A DNA stretch of 64,000 bases from Pyrinomonadaceae bacterium. Lineage in GTDB: Bacteria; Acidobacteriota; Blastocatellia; Pyrinomonadales; Pyrinomonadaceae. The notes beneath the pieces are model-generated. The model had not been told where the DNA came from. It did no database searches and saw only the letters and a list, made by a program, of their open reading frames with translations. Of the stretch, positions 36,907 through 47,466 are shown in pieces. Made by a program: the position numbers and the translations under genes. The stretch spans positions 256,001 to 320,000 of the forward strand of contig JBKBYA010000002.1 in assembly GCA_046313635.1 (NCBI GenBank), written 5' to 3'. Each line of letters starts with the position of its first letter. Positions within the stretch are counted from its first letter, which is position 1.

Positions 36907-38385
36907 CTACTGCGGCGTAACGGTCACGTATATCGTTTGGCCCCGCCGGCTGATGAGCAGAAGCGCGGGCCTGCCGGCCCCGGCATCGAGGGCCGCGCGG
37001 ACGTCGTCGGCCGTCTTGACCGAGCGCCCGTTCACCTCGAGCAGCACGTCGCCGCGCTCGATACCGGCTTCTGCAGCCGCTCCCGACGGCGAGACCTCGG
37101 TCACGACCATTCCGTCCGCGTCGCTTAGACCGAGCTGTCTCGCGGTCTGCGGGGTCAGCGGCTGGAGGCCCAGGCCCAATTTTCCGTTTTGACCGCCGTC
37201 TCCCGGGACCTGACCGTTGTCGCCCGGGCCCGCGTTCTGCGCGACATCGCTGTCGAGCTCGTCGAGCGTCGCGGTCAACTCCTGCTCCTTGCCGTCGCGG
37301 ACGATCCTGAGTTTTACCTCCGAACCCGGAGCCGAATTTGCGATCTTGTTGCGGAGAGCGTTGCTGTCCTCGATCTTTTCGCCGTTGACCGCGACGATCA
37401 CGTCGCGCCGCTTGATCCCCGCCTTGTCAGCCGCGCTGCCGCCCTTGACGTTGCTCACGAGCACGCCGACCGTGTCGGGCATGCCGAGGGCCTTTGCCGT
37501 GTCGGCGGTCAGGTCCTGAATGTTGACGCCGAGCATACCGCGTCGAACGCGGCCGTTGGCGAGCAGCTGCTCGAGCACGCTCTTGGCCATATTTGACGGG
37601 ATCGCGAAGCCGATGCCGATATTCCCGCCGTTCGGGCCGCCGGGCGAAAGGATCTGCGAATTGATGCCGATCAGTTCGCCGTTGAGGTTGACAAGAGCTC
37701 CGCCCGAATTGCCGCGATTGATCGGCGCGTCGGTTTGAAGAAAGTCCTGAAAGCTCGTTCCGTCGCTCAGTCCCGTGCGTCGGCCCTTGGCCGAGATGAT
37801 CCCAGCCGTCACCGTCTGCCCGATGCCGAGCGGGTTGCCGATCGCGAGCACGATGTCGCCGACGCGGACCGTGTCGGAATTGCCGAGATTGAGGAACGGC
37901 AGGTTTTGCGCCTCGATCTTGAGGACGGCCAGATCGCTCGGCTTGTCGGAGCCGACGATCTTGGCTTCAAAGGTCTTGTCGTCGCTCATCTGGACGGTGA
38001 TCTTCTGAGCACCTTCGACGACGTGATTGTTGGTGAGGATCGTGCCGTCCGCGCTCACAAGCACGCCCGAACCGAGACCTCGCTGGAGCTGCGGGCCTGG
38101 CGGCTCGGCCCGAGGGATCGGAAACTGCCGAAAGAAATCGTCGCCGCCGAACGGGAACTGGTGCGGGTTCGCGGACGATCTGCTCTCGGCCGTGATCCGT
38201 ACAACGGCCGGCGAAGTTCTCTCGACGACGTCCGCGTATGACGTCCGTATGCCGTCCACCGAAACCGGCGGCGGCGGCGGCGCGGCCGGGGCCGGCGGCA
38301 TGTCGCCGCCAAAGAACGAAGAGCGGCACGAGGCCGCCGCGAGTCCGGTCATAACGAGAACGAACAGAAAAAGTCCCTTTTTCAT
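36907..38385 (-). CDS. HtrA/DegP-family serine protease with two PDZ domains (probable lipoprotein)
   Basis: GLGSGV, TNNHV, DLAVLK, INRGNSGG; AASC lipobox-like signal. Confidence 0.93.
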   Translation of the reverse strand: MKKGLFLFVLVMTGLAAASCRSSFFGGDMPPAPAAPPPPPVSVDGIRTSYADVVERTSPAVVRITAESRSSANPHQFPFGGDDFFRQFPIPRAEPPGPQLQRGLGSGVLVSADGTILTNNHVVEGAQKITVQMSDDKTFEAKIVGSDKPSDLAVLKIEAQNLPFLNLGNSDTVRVGDIVLAIGNPLGIGQTVTAGIISAKGRRTGLSDGTSFQDFLQTDAPINRGNSGGALVNLNGELIGINSQILSPGGPNGGNIGIGFAIPSNMAKSVLEQLLANGRVRRGMLGVNIQDLTADTAKALGMPDTVGVLVSNVKGGSAADKAGIKRRDVIVAVNGEKIEDSNALRNKIANSAPGSEVKLRIVRDGKEQELTATLDELDSDVAQNAGPGDNGQVPGDGGQNGKLGLGLQPLTPQTARQLGLSDADGMVVTEVSPSGAAAEAGIERGDVLLEVNGRSVKTADDVRAALDAGAGRPALLLISRRGQTIYVTVTPQ

Positions 38386-38509
38386 TGCGGAGAATTCTCC
38401 TTCAAAAGTTAACTAGAGCTTTGCTTATCCTACCAATCGGGCAAGTCAAATCAATAACGAATGAACGAAGCGGGGGCCGCGGGAGTTTCGAATAATGAAT
38501 GCTCGTTGG

Positions 38510-39415
38510 TCACGCTACCTTGGGCGTTTCGTCGCGAAAAATATACGCCAGACTTTTGTAAACGAGCTTTGCGCAGAGAAAGGCCGGGGCGTCCGACGAC
38601 TCGGTCTTTGAAAATTCGACCAGGTCCATCCCGACGATCCGCTTCTTTTCGGCGATGCGGCGGATCAGCGTCAGCGTCTCGTACCAGCCGAGGCCGCCGG
38701 GCTCGGGCGTGCCGGTCGTCGGCACGAGGCTCGGGTCTAGACCGTCGATGTCGATTGTAAGGTAAACGTTGTCGGTCAGCGAATCGACCGCCCGATCGAT
38801 CCAATCGGTGCGGCCGACGATGTCGCGGGCCCAAAATATCCTGGTCGGCAGGTCGCCGGCGGCGAGCGATCTTGCCTCATCACCCGATATCGAGCGGATG
38901 CCGACCTGTACCGAGGGAACCCTCAGATCTTTGACGACGCGCGCCATGATGGACGCGTGCGAATGCGGCGTTCCGTCGTAGCTGTCGCGAAGGTCGGCGT
39001 GGGCGTCGATCTGCAGTACGCTCAGATCGTGAAACTTCTCGGCGTGAGCGCGGATCACCGGTCCCGAGACGGAATGTTCGCCGCCCAGCATGCAGAGGAA
39101 CTTGCCGCTCTCGAGCAGGTCTTTTGCCCGCCGGTAGAGAGCGTCCATCATCGTCTCGGGCGAGGGCAGCGGCGGAAACTCTTCGAGCGTGTGGATGCCG
39201 ACCTTGTAGACCTCGGCATTCGTATCCTCCTCGTAAAGCTCCATATTGCGCGAGGCGTCGACGATCGCCATCGCGCCGTCGCCCGTGCCGGTGCCGTACG
39301 AGACGGTGCCTTCGTACGAAACGGGCCAAACGACAACTCTGGCGGTATCGAACGAGCTGTACCGCTCGTCATCGATACCGCCGAAATTCATTGGCAGATT
39401 CGCTGATTCGGACAT
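38510..39415 (-). CDS. speB: Agmatinase
   Basis: GGEHSV, DAHADLRD, SHAS, DIDGLDPS, TGTPEPGG. Confidence 0.9.
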   Translation of the reverse strand: MSESANLPMNFGGIDDERYSSFDTARVVVWPVSYEGTVSYGTGTGDGAMAIVDASRNMELYEEDTNAEVYKVGIHTLEEFPPLPSPETMMDALYRRAKDLLESGKFLCMLGGEHSVSGPVIRAHAEKFHDLSVLQIDAHADLRDSYDGTPHSHASIMARVVKDLRVPSVQVGIRSISGDEARSLAAGDLPTRIFWARDIVGRTDWIDRAVDSLTDNVYLTIDIDGLDPSLVPTTGTPEPGGLGWYETLTLIRRIAEKKRIVGMDLVEFSKTESSDAPAFLCAKLVYKSLAYIFRDETPKVA

Positions 39416-39441
39416 TTCAACCCCTGTTCGCTGGCGAAGCC

Positions 39442-40503
39442 TTACGGTACGTCGATCGCGAGCTCGCGGTTGGCGAAGCTGAAGTTCGGGCGCTTGCGAC
39501 CCTTCATGAACTTCGCCGCCGTCTGCGACAGCGCGGTGATGATCATCGGCAAGGCGATCGACGGGTCGCACGAGACCATCGCGGTCGTCGCTCCCTTGGC
39601 CAGCTTGCCGAACTGCTGCGTGTGGACGCCGGCGTACGAAGGCGAACGCACGTCGAGCGGCTCGCACCCGGACGAGATGCCGACCGCGTACTTGTGGCCA
39701 CGCGGATTGGTCCGCGTGATGTACGACGTGACCTCCGCGACGTTGACCATGTTTTGCGTATTCGCGTCGCCGACGGTGATGATCGCCGAATTGCGGGTCT
39801 TTTGTGCGATGAGCATCATGTCCATCGTGTCCTGCGTCAGGTCAAAGGCGATGCTCAGCTTTTTCTCAAATCGTGCTCGTGCAAACCCGACGGCAAGCGG
39901 CGAATTCTGAAGATCGGGGCAGAACACCGGGATCCGCGATTTGAATGCCGACGTCAGGATGCCGTCCTCGTGCGCGATCTCGGCGAGCTCGCGGCCCATC
40001 AAATGCAGGAATTCGCGCACCGCGTAAGGCCTGCTCAGCTCGAGCTGATTGATCACGCTGCCGACCCATTCGTCTGCTTCCTGGTACTCCTCACGATTGG
40101 CGAGGACGTCGCCGACGCGCGTCACGTTAGACGCCTCGAGCTCCTCGTCGCTCATGCTCGGGTGCGCCTGATAGTGATTGCGCCCGAGCGTCTCGTGAAT
40201 GTCGTGAAAAAGCACCGTTCCCGACATCACCAGCACGTCGACAAACCGATTCTTGATAACGTACGAGATCAGCCGGCGCATGCCTGACGTGATCAGATTG
40301 CCCGAACCGCACAGGAAGATCGTCGAGTTGTCATCCAACATATCGAGCCAGATCCGGTGTGCCTCGGCAAGCTGCTTAGCTCCGAAGCCGGCTCCTTCCA
40401 TCTTTTCGAGCAGGCCGGCGATCGAACGGTCGCGATCAATCGGTACCGGCTTGGTCGGTACGGTCAGGAACTTCGAAGACTTTGTTTTCTTTTGAGCTAC
40501 CAT
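39442..40503 (-). CDS. Deoxyhypusine synthase-like protein (divergent)
   Basis: GFGAKQL, SGNLITSGMR, FVDVLV, IPVFCP, FGKL, CDPSIALP; several catalytic motifs altered. Confidence 0.82.
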   Translation of the reverse strand: MVAQKKTKSSKFLTVPTKPVPIDRDRSIAGLLEKMEGAGFGAKQLAEAHRIWLDMLDDNSTIFLCGSGNLITSGMRRLISYVIKNRFVDVLVMSGTVLFHDIHETLGRNHYQAHPSMSDEELEASNVTRVGDVLANREEYQEADEWVGSVINQLELSRPYAVREFLHLMGRELAEIAHEDGILTSAFKSRIPVFCPDLQNSPLAVGFARARFEKKLSIAFDLTQDTMDMMLIAQKTRNSAIITVGDANTQNMVNVAEVTSYITRTNPRGHKYAVGISSGCEPLDVRSPSYAGVHTQQFGKLAKGATTAMVSCDPSIALPMIITALSQTAAKFMKGRKRPNFSFANRELAIDVP

Positions 40504-40555
40504 ATTTTCTCCGCGCAAACGCATATTCGGATCGACCGGGTGCCGCCCATCGACC

Positions 40556-42484
40556 TCAATTTCCAGAGCCGTTGGGAGTCAGGTACGTGTAGGCCTCGGT
40601 CTGATCCTCGTAAAACTCTATCAACTGGCTTCCTTCCTTTGTCGAGAGCTCGCCGCTGTTGATCCTCCGCATCACTGCCCGCCGGAAGTTGTCGTGGAGC
40701 TGCGCCGTTTCGAACCGAACCGATCCGACCGCCTCGCCGAGCGTGGTGCCGTACAGCACCTTCTTGATGATGTGGCCGTCCTCGCCAATATGAATGTGGG
40801 CCTCGTTCGGTACACCAAAGAGGTTGTGGTTGTTGCCCATCACCTCCTGGTAGGCGCCGACGAGCATCATGGCGATGTAATAAGGCTCGTTGGCCTCGAG
40901 CTTGTGCAGCTCGAGGACCTGCTTCACATCGTGGAGGTCGACAAACTTGTCCACGATACCGTCCGAGTCGCAGGTGATATCACACAGCGTAGCATATTCG
41001 GTCGGCTTTTTGTTGAGCTTATGTATTGGAATGATTGGAAATAACTGTTCCAGTGCCCAGTTGTCGGGGAGCGAGCGGAAGACAGAGAAATTTGCGAGGT
41101 ACTTGGCGCAAAGCAGCCGTCTCAACTCGTCAAATTCCTCGGCAACATACTTCTTTTGCTGCGCATACTGATCGGCCCGCTCGCAAACGTCCCAAAAAAA
41201 GACCTCGCCCTTTCCTTTGTCCTCGAGCGAGATCAGCCCGAGATTGAACATCGTAAACAGGTCCTCGCGCGCCTCAAGGGCGTCGTGATAGTACTCGCGA
41301 TAATTCTTGGCCGTGATCGTCTCGCGCAGGTCGTAAAGCTCGCGCACGACGGGCGGATCATCCTTTTCGACCGTCAGCGGAGTGATGTCCTCGACAACGG
41401 TCTCGATCTCGTCCTGGATGTTCGTGACAATGACGGCGTGATAGGCCGCGAGATAGCGGCCCGATTCTTGGATGATCGTCGGGTGCGGGACGTTCTCGTC
41501 GTCGCAGACCGTCTTTATGACGTAAATTACGTCGTTCGCAAACTCCTGCGCGTTGTAGTTGGCCGAGGATTCGAACGAAGTTCGCGAACCGTCGTAATCG
41601 ACGGCCATTCCGCCGCCGACATCGAGATATTCGATCGGGATGCCCATCTGGCGGATCTTCGCGTAGGTCCGCGCTGCCTCTTTCATCGCGTTCTTGATCC
41701 GCTTTATGTCGGTCAGCTGCGAGCCGATGTGAAAGTGCAGCAGCTTGAGCATGTCGACGCGGCCGGCATCCTGAAACTGCCGTATCACGTCTAGGATCTC
41801 GGTCGTCGTCAGGCCGAATTTGGCCGCTTCGCCGCCGGACTTTTCCCACTTGCCCGAGCCTTTCGAATAAAGCTTGACTCGTACGCCGACCATCGGCAGG
41901 GAAGCGTTAGGATTTTCGCTGGTGATCTCGTCGGCGAGAGCGAGCGTGTGCGTGAGCTCGCTCATCTTTTCAATGACGATAACGACGTTTTTTCCGGCGC
42001 CGGCGCCGGCAAACGCGAGCCGGATAAAATCGCGGTCCTTGAATCCGTTGAGCACAAGGAGGCTGTCTTTGGCCTGCTCGAGCCCGAGCGCGGCGTAGAG
42101 CTCGGCCTTTGAGCCCGCCTCGAGACCGAAGTTGTATCGCGAGCCCTCGCGCAGGTACTCCTCGATCACGGCCCGATTCTGGTTCACCTTCATCGGATAA
42201 ACGCAGAGATGGCCGCCATCGTATTCAAACTCCTTGATAGCTCGGCGAAAAGCGCTCTGGAGTTTTCGGATCTGCCCGAACAATAGCTGAGGGAAGCGAA
42301 GAAGGACCGGAGTCGTCACACCTCGGCGTTTGAGGTCCTCGATGATCTCGCGGACGTCAGCCGAAAGCTTCTCGTCGTCAGGTGAGTAAACGACTAAATT
42401 GCCTTTTCGATTGACTCCAAAATATCCAGCCCCCCAATTCTCAATTCCGTAGGTTTCGATGGTCTTTTCGGTGATCGCGCTCAA
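40556..42484 (-). CDS. speA: Biosynthetic arginine decarboxylase
   Basis: WGAGYF, YPMKVNQ, GLEAGSKAEL, HFHIGSQ, DVGGG, ESGR, DITCDSDG, GAYQE. Confidence 0.95.
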   Translation of the reverse strand: MSAITEKTIETYGIENWGAGYFGVNRKGNLVVYSPDDEKLSADVREIIEDLKRRGVTTPVLLRFPQLLFGQIRKLQSAFRRAIKEFEYDGGHLCVYPMKVNQNRAVIEEYLREGSRYNFGLEAGSKAELYAALGLEQAKDSLLVLNGFKDRDFIRLAFAGAGAGKNVVIVIEKMSELTHTLALADEITSENPNASLPMVGVRVKLYSKGSGKWEKSGGEAAKFGLTTTEILDVIRQFQDAGRVDMLKLLHFHIGSQLTDIKRIKNAMKEAARTYAKIRQMGIPIEYLDVGGGMAVDYDGSRTSFESSANYNAQEFANDVIYVIKTVCDDENVPHPTIIQESGRYLAAYHAVIVTNIQDEIETVVEDITPLTVEKDDPPVVRELYDLRETITAKNYREYYHDALEAREDLFTMFNLGLISLEDKGKGEVFFWDVCERADQYAQQKKYVAEEFDELRRLLCAKYLANFSVFRSLPDNWALEQLFPIIPIHKLNKKPTEYATLCDITCDSDGIVDKFVDLHDVKQVLELHKLEANEPYYIAMMLVGAYQEVMGNNHNLFGVPNEAHIHIGEDGHIIKKVLYGTTLGEAVGSVRFETAQLHDNFRRAVMRRINSGELSTKEGSQLIEFYEDQTEAYTYLTPNGSGN

Positions 42485-42619
42485 TTAAACATACTCCCAC
42501 TGTGAACCCGGCGCAGCGGGGCCGGCGATAAATAAAAACAAGAGCTTAGTAAAAATCTAACAGAATTCAAAATCCTTAACAACAGACTGCTCTTTACGCG
42601 CCGACCGACCCGGGACAAG

Positions 42620-42635
42620 TGGCATAAGCGTTGCA
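42620..42635 (+). promoter_or_regulatory. Putative sigma-54 promoter upstream of pilin-like gene
   Basis: TGGCAT-AAGCG-TTGCA with GG-N10-GC spacing. Confidence 0.5.
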
Positions 42636-42801
42636 CAATTCGGCACGGCGAGGTGTTGCGGCGAGCTGCCGCCGCCAGATTTCTGGTTGTTTTTTGATGT
42701 TGCTGTCGGCGGCGGCAGAAAAAACAGGCAAGTAATTGTCAAAAGCTGGTTACAAAAATTGTCAATTTGCCGCGATCGATCGTCACATCAAGTTCAAGGA
42801 T

Positions 42802-43221
42802 ATGAAAAGCAACAATGAAGGCGGCTTTTCACTTGTCGAGCTGCTGGTCGTCGTCGTGGTCATCGGCATCATCGCGTCGCTGGCGATACCCGGGCTGCGC
42901 AAGGGCATCCGGGCGGCGGAGAATGGGGCGATCTTTGCGACGCTGCGGACGATCGGGTCGACACAGGTCAGCTTTTATTCGCAGAACAATCGCTTTGGTC
43001 GGTTGGTCGAGCTGAACAATATCAGCGGGCGAGGCCTTGGGGTTCCTGCCGGCTCGCAGCTCCTGCGCAACCGGTTTGTGCTTGAAATGGTCCCTGCCGC
43101 CCCTACCGATGACGAGCTACGCGACGGTTATACGATCACAGCGACAAGCGACGCCGTCGATATGAATGTTTACAAGTACGAGATCACGCAGACGGGCGAG
43201 ATCCGGCAGATCCTGCCCTAA
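42802..43221 (+). CDS. Type IV pilin/pseudopilin-like protein
   Basis: Prepilin motif GFSLVELLVVVVVIGIIASLAIP. Confidence 0.88.
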   Translation: MKSNNEGGFSLVELLVVVVVIGIIASLAIPGLRKGIRAAENGAIFATLRTIGSTQVSFYSQNNRFGRLVELNNISGRGLGVPAGSQLLRNRFVLEMVPAAPTDDELRDGYTITATSDAVDMNVYKYEITQTGEIRQILP

Positions 43222-43256
43222 GCCCTTTGAAGCATCTTCCACTATAGGACCAAGCA

Positions 43257-44831
43257 ATGAACGTTTTTGAGGATCTTATCGTCGAGCTGAAAGAGCAGAA
43301 TCTCCTTGAGGAGACCGTTCTGGATCTTAACGAGGTACCGCTGCTGAGAGCCGAGTTTGAGCTGGTCGACGACGAGATCGAACGCGGCGACGGCCCTTAC
43401 CCCGCAGCGGCAGGCAACGGCTTTGCGAGCGACCATTCCGCCTTTCAGGCTCCGCCAAAAGCGGACGCGATGAAAAAGCGCGTCAGCGAGCAGATGGCCG
43501 CGCTCCAGATGGTCGATCATGTGCTGATGGCGGTCGAGCGCGGGTTTCTTGAGCTCGAACCGGAGATCTTTGACGACCTGCCGGCCAAGAAGGCCCTGCA
43601 TAAATACTCGCAGGCGGCGCGAGACCCGGAGTCGAACGAATACTTTGAAGCCGAGTCAAAACTGCTTCTGGAGATCGAGGCCTGGATGCTGGCCCTGAAC
43701 GCGCGCGACCGCGAGGTGCCCGTCGCGGCGTTGAGACGATATTGCGAGACGACCCATCCGCCGTTAAGCCCGCAGGCGCTGTTTGCTCTTGCCCGTTTTT
43801 ATCGCGGCAGCGAGCCGGTGGAGCAGACGATCCGTAAGTTCGATTTCATCGTTAGCCGCCTCTTCTCCAAGAACGGCGAGGACGGCATGCGCGCGATGAT
43901 CTGCTCGCGAGAGGACGCGATCGGGCACTTGAAAAAGCGGTATGCCGACTGGGCCGTCGTGCCGTCGTCGCCGGCCTCGGACAACGGCTCGGAGGCCGCG
44001 CTGGCGGTGCTCGCCTTCGACGATATCGCCGCCGAGGCGGCGTCAGCCTCGACGCTCGACGACCTGGTCGGCGCCGATCTCTTCGAGCGTCTTCTCAGGG
44101 CCAAGGTAGAACTTGGCGAAACGTACTTTTCGCCGTCGGTGGTCGCCGCGGCAATTGAATGCAACATCGCGGTCGCCAATCGTTTGACCGAGATGCTGAC
44201 CGCCGAAAGCGCCGCTTTGGGCGGACCCGAGGCCGTCGTCAAGAAATATTCCGGGATCGACCAAATGCTGATCTCTGACGCTGTCGGCCGGACCTTTTCG
44301 CTACAGGCGGCATTGAACTGCGACGCCGTCGCTGAAACGTTCAATATCGTCGACGACGCGGTCCGTCCGGCAGCCGACGGGGGCAATCTTAGATCTCACT
44401 CCCGGCCCAGACCTTTCAGGCCGCACTCTAACTCTCGCCAGGCCAGGACAAAGATCTTCGGCATCAGCCGCTGGCTCTTTGTCGTGTGCCTAATCGCGGT
44501 GATCGCGAGCGCCTCGATCTACGTCTGGGGCGAGTACTTTGCGGGCAGCGAGGTCGAGACCGCCTCGGTGCGGTCGATCGACCTTGGCGATCCGAGTATT
44601 AGCGAGCACGTCAAATCGACCAAGCTCAGCGGCGATATCTTGTATGGCGTCGTTGCCCCGTCATTCGAGGCCCTGCCGAGGGACCGGCGAGAGGCGTTTT
44701 TAAGGCGTCTCCAGGCGATGGGAGCCGATAAGGGCTACACGCGTGTCTCGCTCTCTAATCTCGAAGGCCGAACGATCGCATTCGCCTCGCGCGAAAGGAT
44801 ACAGTTGACCGAGGACCTCATGCTTCCTTAG
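43257..44831 (+). CDS. Hypothetical protein with one C-terminal TM helix
   Basis: 524-aa ORF with AGGA SD, followed by a terminator. Confidence 0.75.
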   Translation: MNVFEDLIVELKEQNLLEETVLDLNEVPLLRAEFELVDDEIERGDGPYPAAAGNGFASDHSAFQAPPKADAMKKRVSEQMAALQMVDHVLMAVERGFLELEPEIFDDLPAKKALHKYSQAARDPESNEYFEAESKLLLEIEAWMLALNARDREVPVAALRRYCETTHPPLSPQALFALARFYRGSEPVEQTIRKFDFIVSRLFSKNGEDGMRAMICSREDAIGHLKKRYADWAVVPSSPASDNGSEAALAVLAFDDIAAEAASASTLDDLVGADLFERLLRAKVELGETYFSPSVVAAAIECNIAVANRLTEMLTAESAALGGPEAVVKKYSGIDQMLISDAVGRTFSLQAALNCDAVAETFNIVDDAVRPAADGGNLRSHSRPRPFRPHSNSRQARTKIFGISRWLFVVCLIAVIASASIYVWGEYFAGSEVETASVRSIDLGDPSISEHVKSTKLSGDILYGVVAPSFEALPRDRREAFLRRLQAMGADKGYTRVSLSNLEGRTIAFASRERIQLTEDLMLP

Positions 44832-44857
44832 TCCCTGGTCTTTTCAAGACCCGACCC

Positions 44858-44886
44858 GGAGGCCGCACGCGGCCTCCATTTTTTTT
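44858..44886 (+). terminator. Intrinsic terminator
   Basis: GGAGGCCGC/GCGGCCTCC stem followed by a T-run. Confidence 0.75.
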
Positions 44887-45047
44887 CTGCGAAGGCGGAT
44901 CGGCGGGCAGCGAGCGGCGCCGAAAGATCAAATTAGGGCCTCGCGTTTTGCACTTTTATTTCGCTGGTGTAGAATCTCGTCTTTAAAAAATTCGACAGTA
45001 TTTGACCGGCCCCCCGCCAACGACTCGAATTAACTCCAGGAGCAATA

Positions 45048-46469
45048 ATGAACGCCAAAAATGTTTTGACCTTTGCCGCCGATCAGGGGGCTAAGTATCT
45101 CTCCGTGCGCTTTACGGACCTTCCCGGATCGTGGCATCACCTTACGTATCCGATCGAGCAGCTTTCCGAGGACAGCTTTGAGGACGGCTTCGGATTTGAT
45201 GCGTCGAGCCTGCGCGGCTGGGCGGCGATCAACGAGTCCGATATGCTCTTGATCCCCGACCCGTCACGGTTCTGGATTGACCCGTTCTCCGAAGAGACGA
45301 CGCTGTGCCTGATCGCGAATGTCGTCGACCCGATGACCAAAGAAGGTTACGGACTCGACCCTCGGTCGGTGGCCGTGCGGGCCGAGAGCTATCTGAAGTT
45401 TACGGGCCTCGCAGACACGGTATTTTTCGGACCCGAGGCCGAGTTCTTCATCTTTGACGAAGCTCGCTTTCACAACACACAGAATTCCGCAGGGTACTTT
45501 TTGGACTCGGAAGAAGGTCATTGGAACTCGGGCCGCGCGGGCGGTCTCGAGAATCCGAATTACGGCTATCACATTCGCGCAAAAGAAGGCTACGTGCCGG
45601 TCGCGCCGATGGACACGCTGATCGACCTCCGCAATACGATCTCCGCCGTCCTCGGCGAGGTCGGCATCTCGGTCGAGTGCCATCACCACGAGGTCGCGAC
45701 GGCCGGGCAGTGCGAGATCGATTTTCGATTCTCGAATCTGCTCCACACGGCCGACAACCTGATGCTCTTCAAGTACGTCGTGAAGAACACCGCGTGGGCC
45801 AACGGCAAGTCGGCGACCTTTATGCCCAAGCCGCTCTACGGCGACAACGGCTCGGGAATGCACTGTCACCAGTCGCTTTGGAAGGACGGTCAGCCGCTCT
45901 TTGCCGGCGACCAGTATGCCGGACTCTCGGAGATGGCAAAGTTTTACATCGGCGGTCTGCTCAAGCACGCGCCGGCTATCGTCGCATTCGCGGCGCCGAC
46001 GACCAACAGCTACAAGCGGCTTGTTCCGGGCTTCGAGGCGCCGGTCAATCTCGCGTATTCAGCCCGCAACCGCTCGGCGGCAGTACGGATACCGATGTTC
46101 TCGCAGTCGCCCAAGGCCAAGCGTCTCGAGTTCCGTCCGCCGGACCCGTCGTGCAATCCGTACATCGCATTCGCCGCGATGCTGATGGCCGGGCTGGACG
46201 GCATCCAGAACCGCATCGACCCGGGCGAGCCGCTCGATAAGGATATTTACGACCTTCCGCCGGAGGAATTGGCCAACGTCCCGTCGCTGCCGGGCTCGCT
46301 CGACGAGGCTCTCAAGGCTCTCGAGGCCGATAACGAATTCTTGCTCAAGGGCGACGTCTTTACGACCGAACTGATCGACCGCTGGATCGCTTATAAGCGG
46401 AAGAACGAGGTCGACCCGCTGCGGCTCCGTCCGCATCCGATGGAGTTCTCGATGTATTACGACATCTAA
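45048..46469 (+). CDS. glnA: Glutamine synthetase type I
   Basis: [55 protein letters not shown]. Confidence 0.97.
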   Translation: MNAKNVLTFAADQGAKYLSVRFTDLPGSWHHLTYPIEQLSEDSFEDGFGFDASSLRGWAAINESDMLLIPDPSRFWIDPFSEETTLCLIANVVDPMTKEGYGLDPRSVAVRAESYLKFTGLADTVFFGPEAEFFIFDEARFHNTQNSAGYFLDSEEGHWNSGRAGGLENPNYGYHIRAKEGYVPVAPMDTLIDLRNTISAVLGEVGISVECHHHEVATAGQCEIDFRFSNLLHTADNLMLFKYVVKNTAWANGKSATFMPKPLYGDNGSGMHCHQSLWKDGQPLFAGDQYAGLSEMAKFYIGGLLKHAPAIVAFAAPTTNSYKRLVPGFEAPVNLAYSARNRSAAVRIPMFSQSPKAKRLEFRPPDPSCNPYIAFAAMLMAGLDGIQNRIDPGEPLDKDIYDLPPEELANVPSLPGSLDEALKALEADNEFLLKGDVFTTELIDRWIAYKRKNEVDPLRLRPHPMEFSMYYDI

Positions 46470-46588
46470 CGCCTCGACCCGAACGAGCGAAATGCGTGGG
46501 CCGGCCCCGACGGGTTTGCTCACGCATTTCTTATTCAATAGAATTTTTACGTCACATATTCCGAACCGATCATCTGGAGATCTGAACA

Positions 46589-47140
46589 ATGAAGCAATTC
46601 GCACCTCTCGCATTGGGGCTCTGCGCCGCTCTCTCGACGTCTTGCGGCTCGCAGCCGGCCGCCGGCCCGGCAAACTCGTCGAACGCGTCCAACCAGGCCG
46701 CGATCCAAACGATCGATACCAGCAACGTCCAGGTACAGACGCCGACCGAGATGCAAAACTCCAACGCCGCAAACCCCTTGCGTTCGGCACAGAATCCGAC
46801 GCTGTTGGACCAGCCGGCAAAGCCGCCGACCTACCCCGCGCCGGACAATTCGGAATACTCGCCGACGATGAACAAGGACGGGCTCCCGGTGGAGACCAGG
46901 ACCTTCAAGAGCCACCCGCAGATCGTCAAGGCGGTCAGGTCATGGCTCAACACCAAGGATAAAAAGGTCGAGATCTTTCTCAAGAACGGCAAGGTCGTCA
47001 ACGTGCCGGCCGAGAAGCTCGAGAATTTCAATTCTCTGCCGGTGACCGCATTTGAGGAGGCGGCCGGCATCAAGGCGGCGCCGCAGTCCGGCGGGCGGCC
47101 GGCAGAACCCGGCAAGACCGAAACAAAGAAGCAGAACTGA
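46589..47140 (+). CDS. Hypothetical lipoprotein
   Basis: Signal peptide ending STSC; APDNSE motif. Confidence 0.72.
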   Translation: MKQFAPLALGLCAALSTSCGSQPAAGPANSSNASNQAAIQTIDTSNVQVQTPTEMQNSNAANPLRSAQNPTLLDQPAKPPTYPAPDNSEYSPTMNKDGLPVETRTFKSHPQIVKAVRSWLNTKDKKVEIFLKNGKVVNVPAEKLENFNSLPVTAFEEAAGIKAAPQSGGRPAEPGKTETKKQN

Positions 47141-47169
47141 ACCTCCGCTGGTCTATAATCTAAGCCGGT

Positions 47170-47457
47170 ATGGAAAGATTCAGCATCATTTGTCCGTGCT
47201 GCGAGGCGACACTCTCGATCGATGCGCAGACCGGGGCCTTGATCTCGCATCAGGAAAAGAAAAAGGCCCTCGGCTCATTTGAGGATCTGGCAAACGAGCT
47301 GACCAAGCAAAAGGAGCTCCGCGAGCAGATCTTTTCGCAAGAGATGTCGTCGATAAAGGATCGCGAACGCCTGCTCGAGGAAAAATTCAAAGAGGCCCTC
47401 AAACGCGCCGAGAACGATGCGGACACGCCGTATCGCAATCCTCTCGATCTGGACTGA
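47170..47457 (+). CDS. Small hypothetical protein (CPCC motif plus coiled coil)
   Basis: ICPCCEATLSID; ends NPLDLD; directly upstream of pyrF. Confidence 0.72.
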   Translation: MERFSIICPCCEATLSIDAQTGALISHQEKKKALGSFEDLANELTKQKELREQIFSQEMSSIKDRERLLEEKFKEALKRAENDADTPYRNPLDLD

Positions 47458-47466
47458 TCACATCGA

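Noticed and set aside
42481..42492. Mini-ORF ATG TTT AAT TGA overlapping the speA TTG start
   Set aside because: The ATG lies only 1 nt from the GGGAG SD, so initiation there is unlikely.
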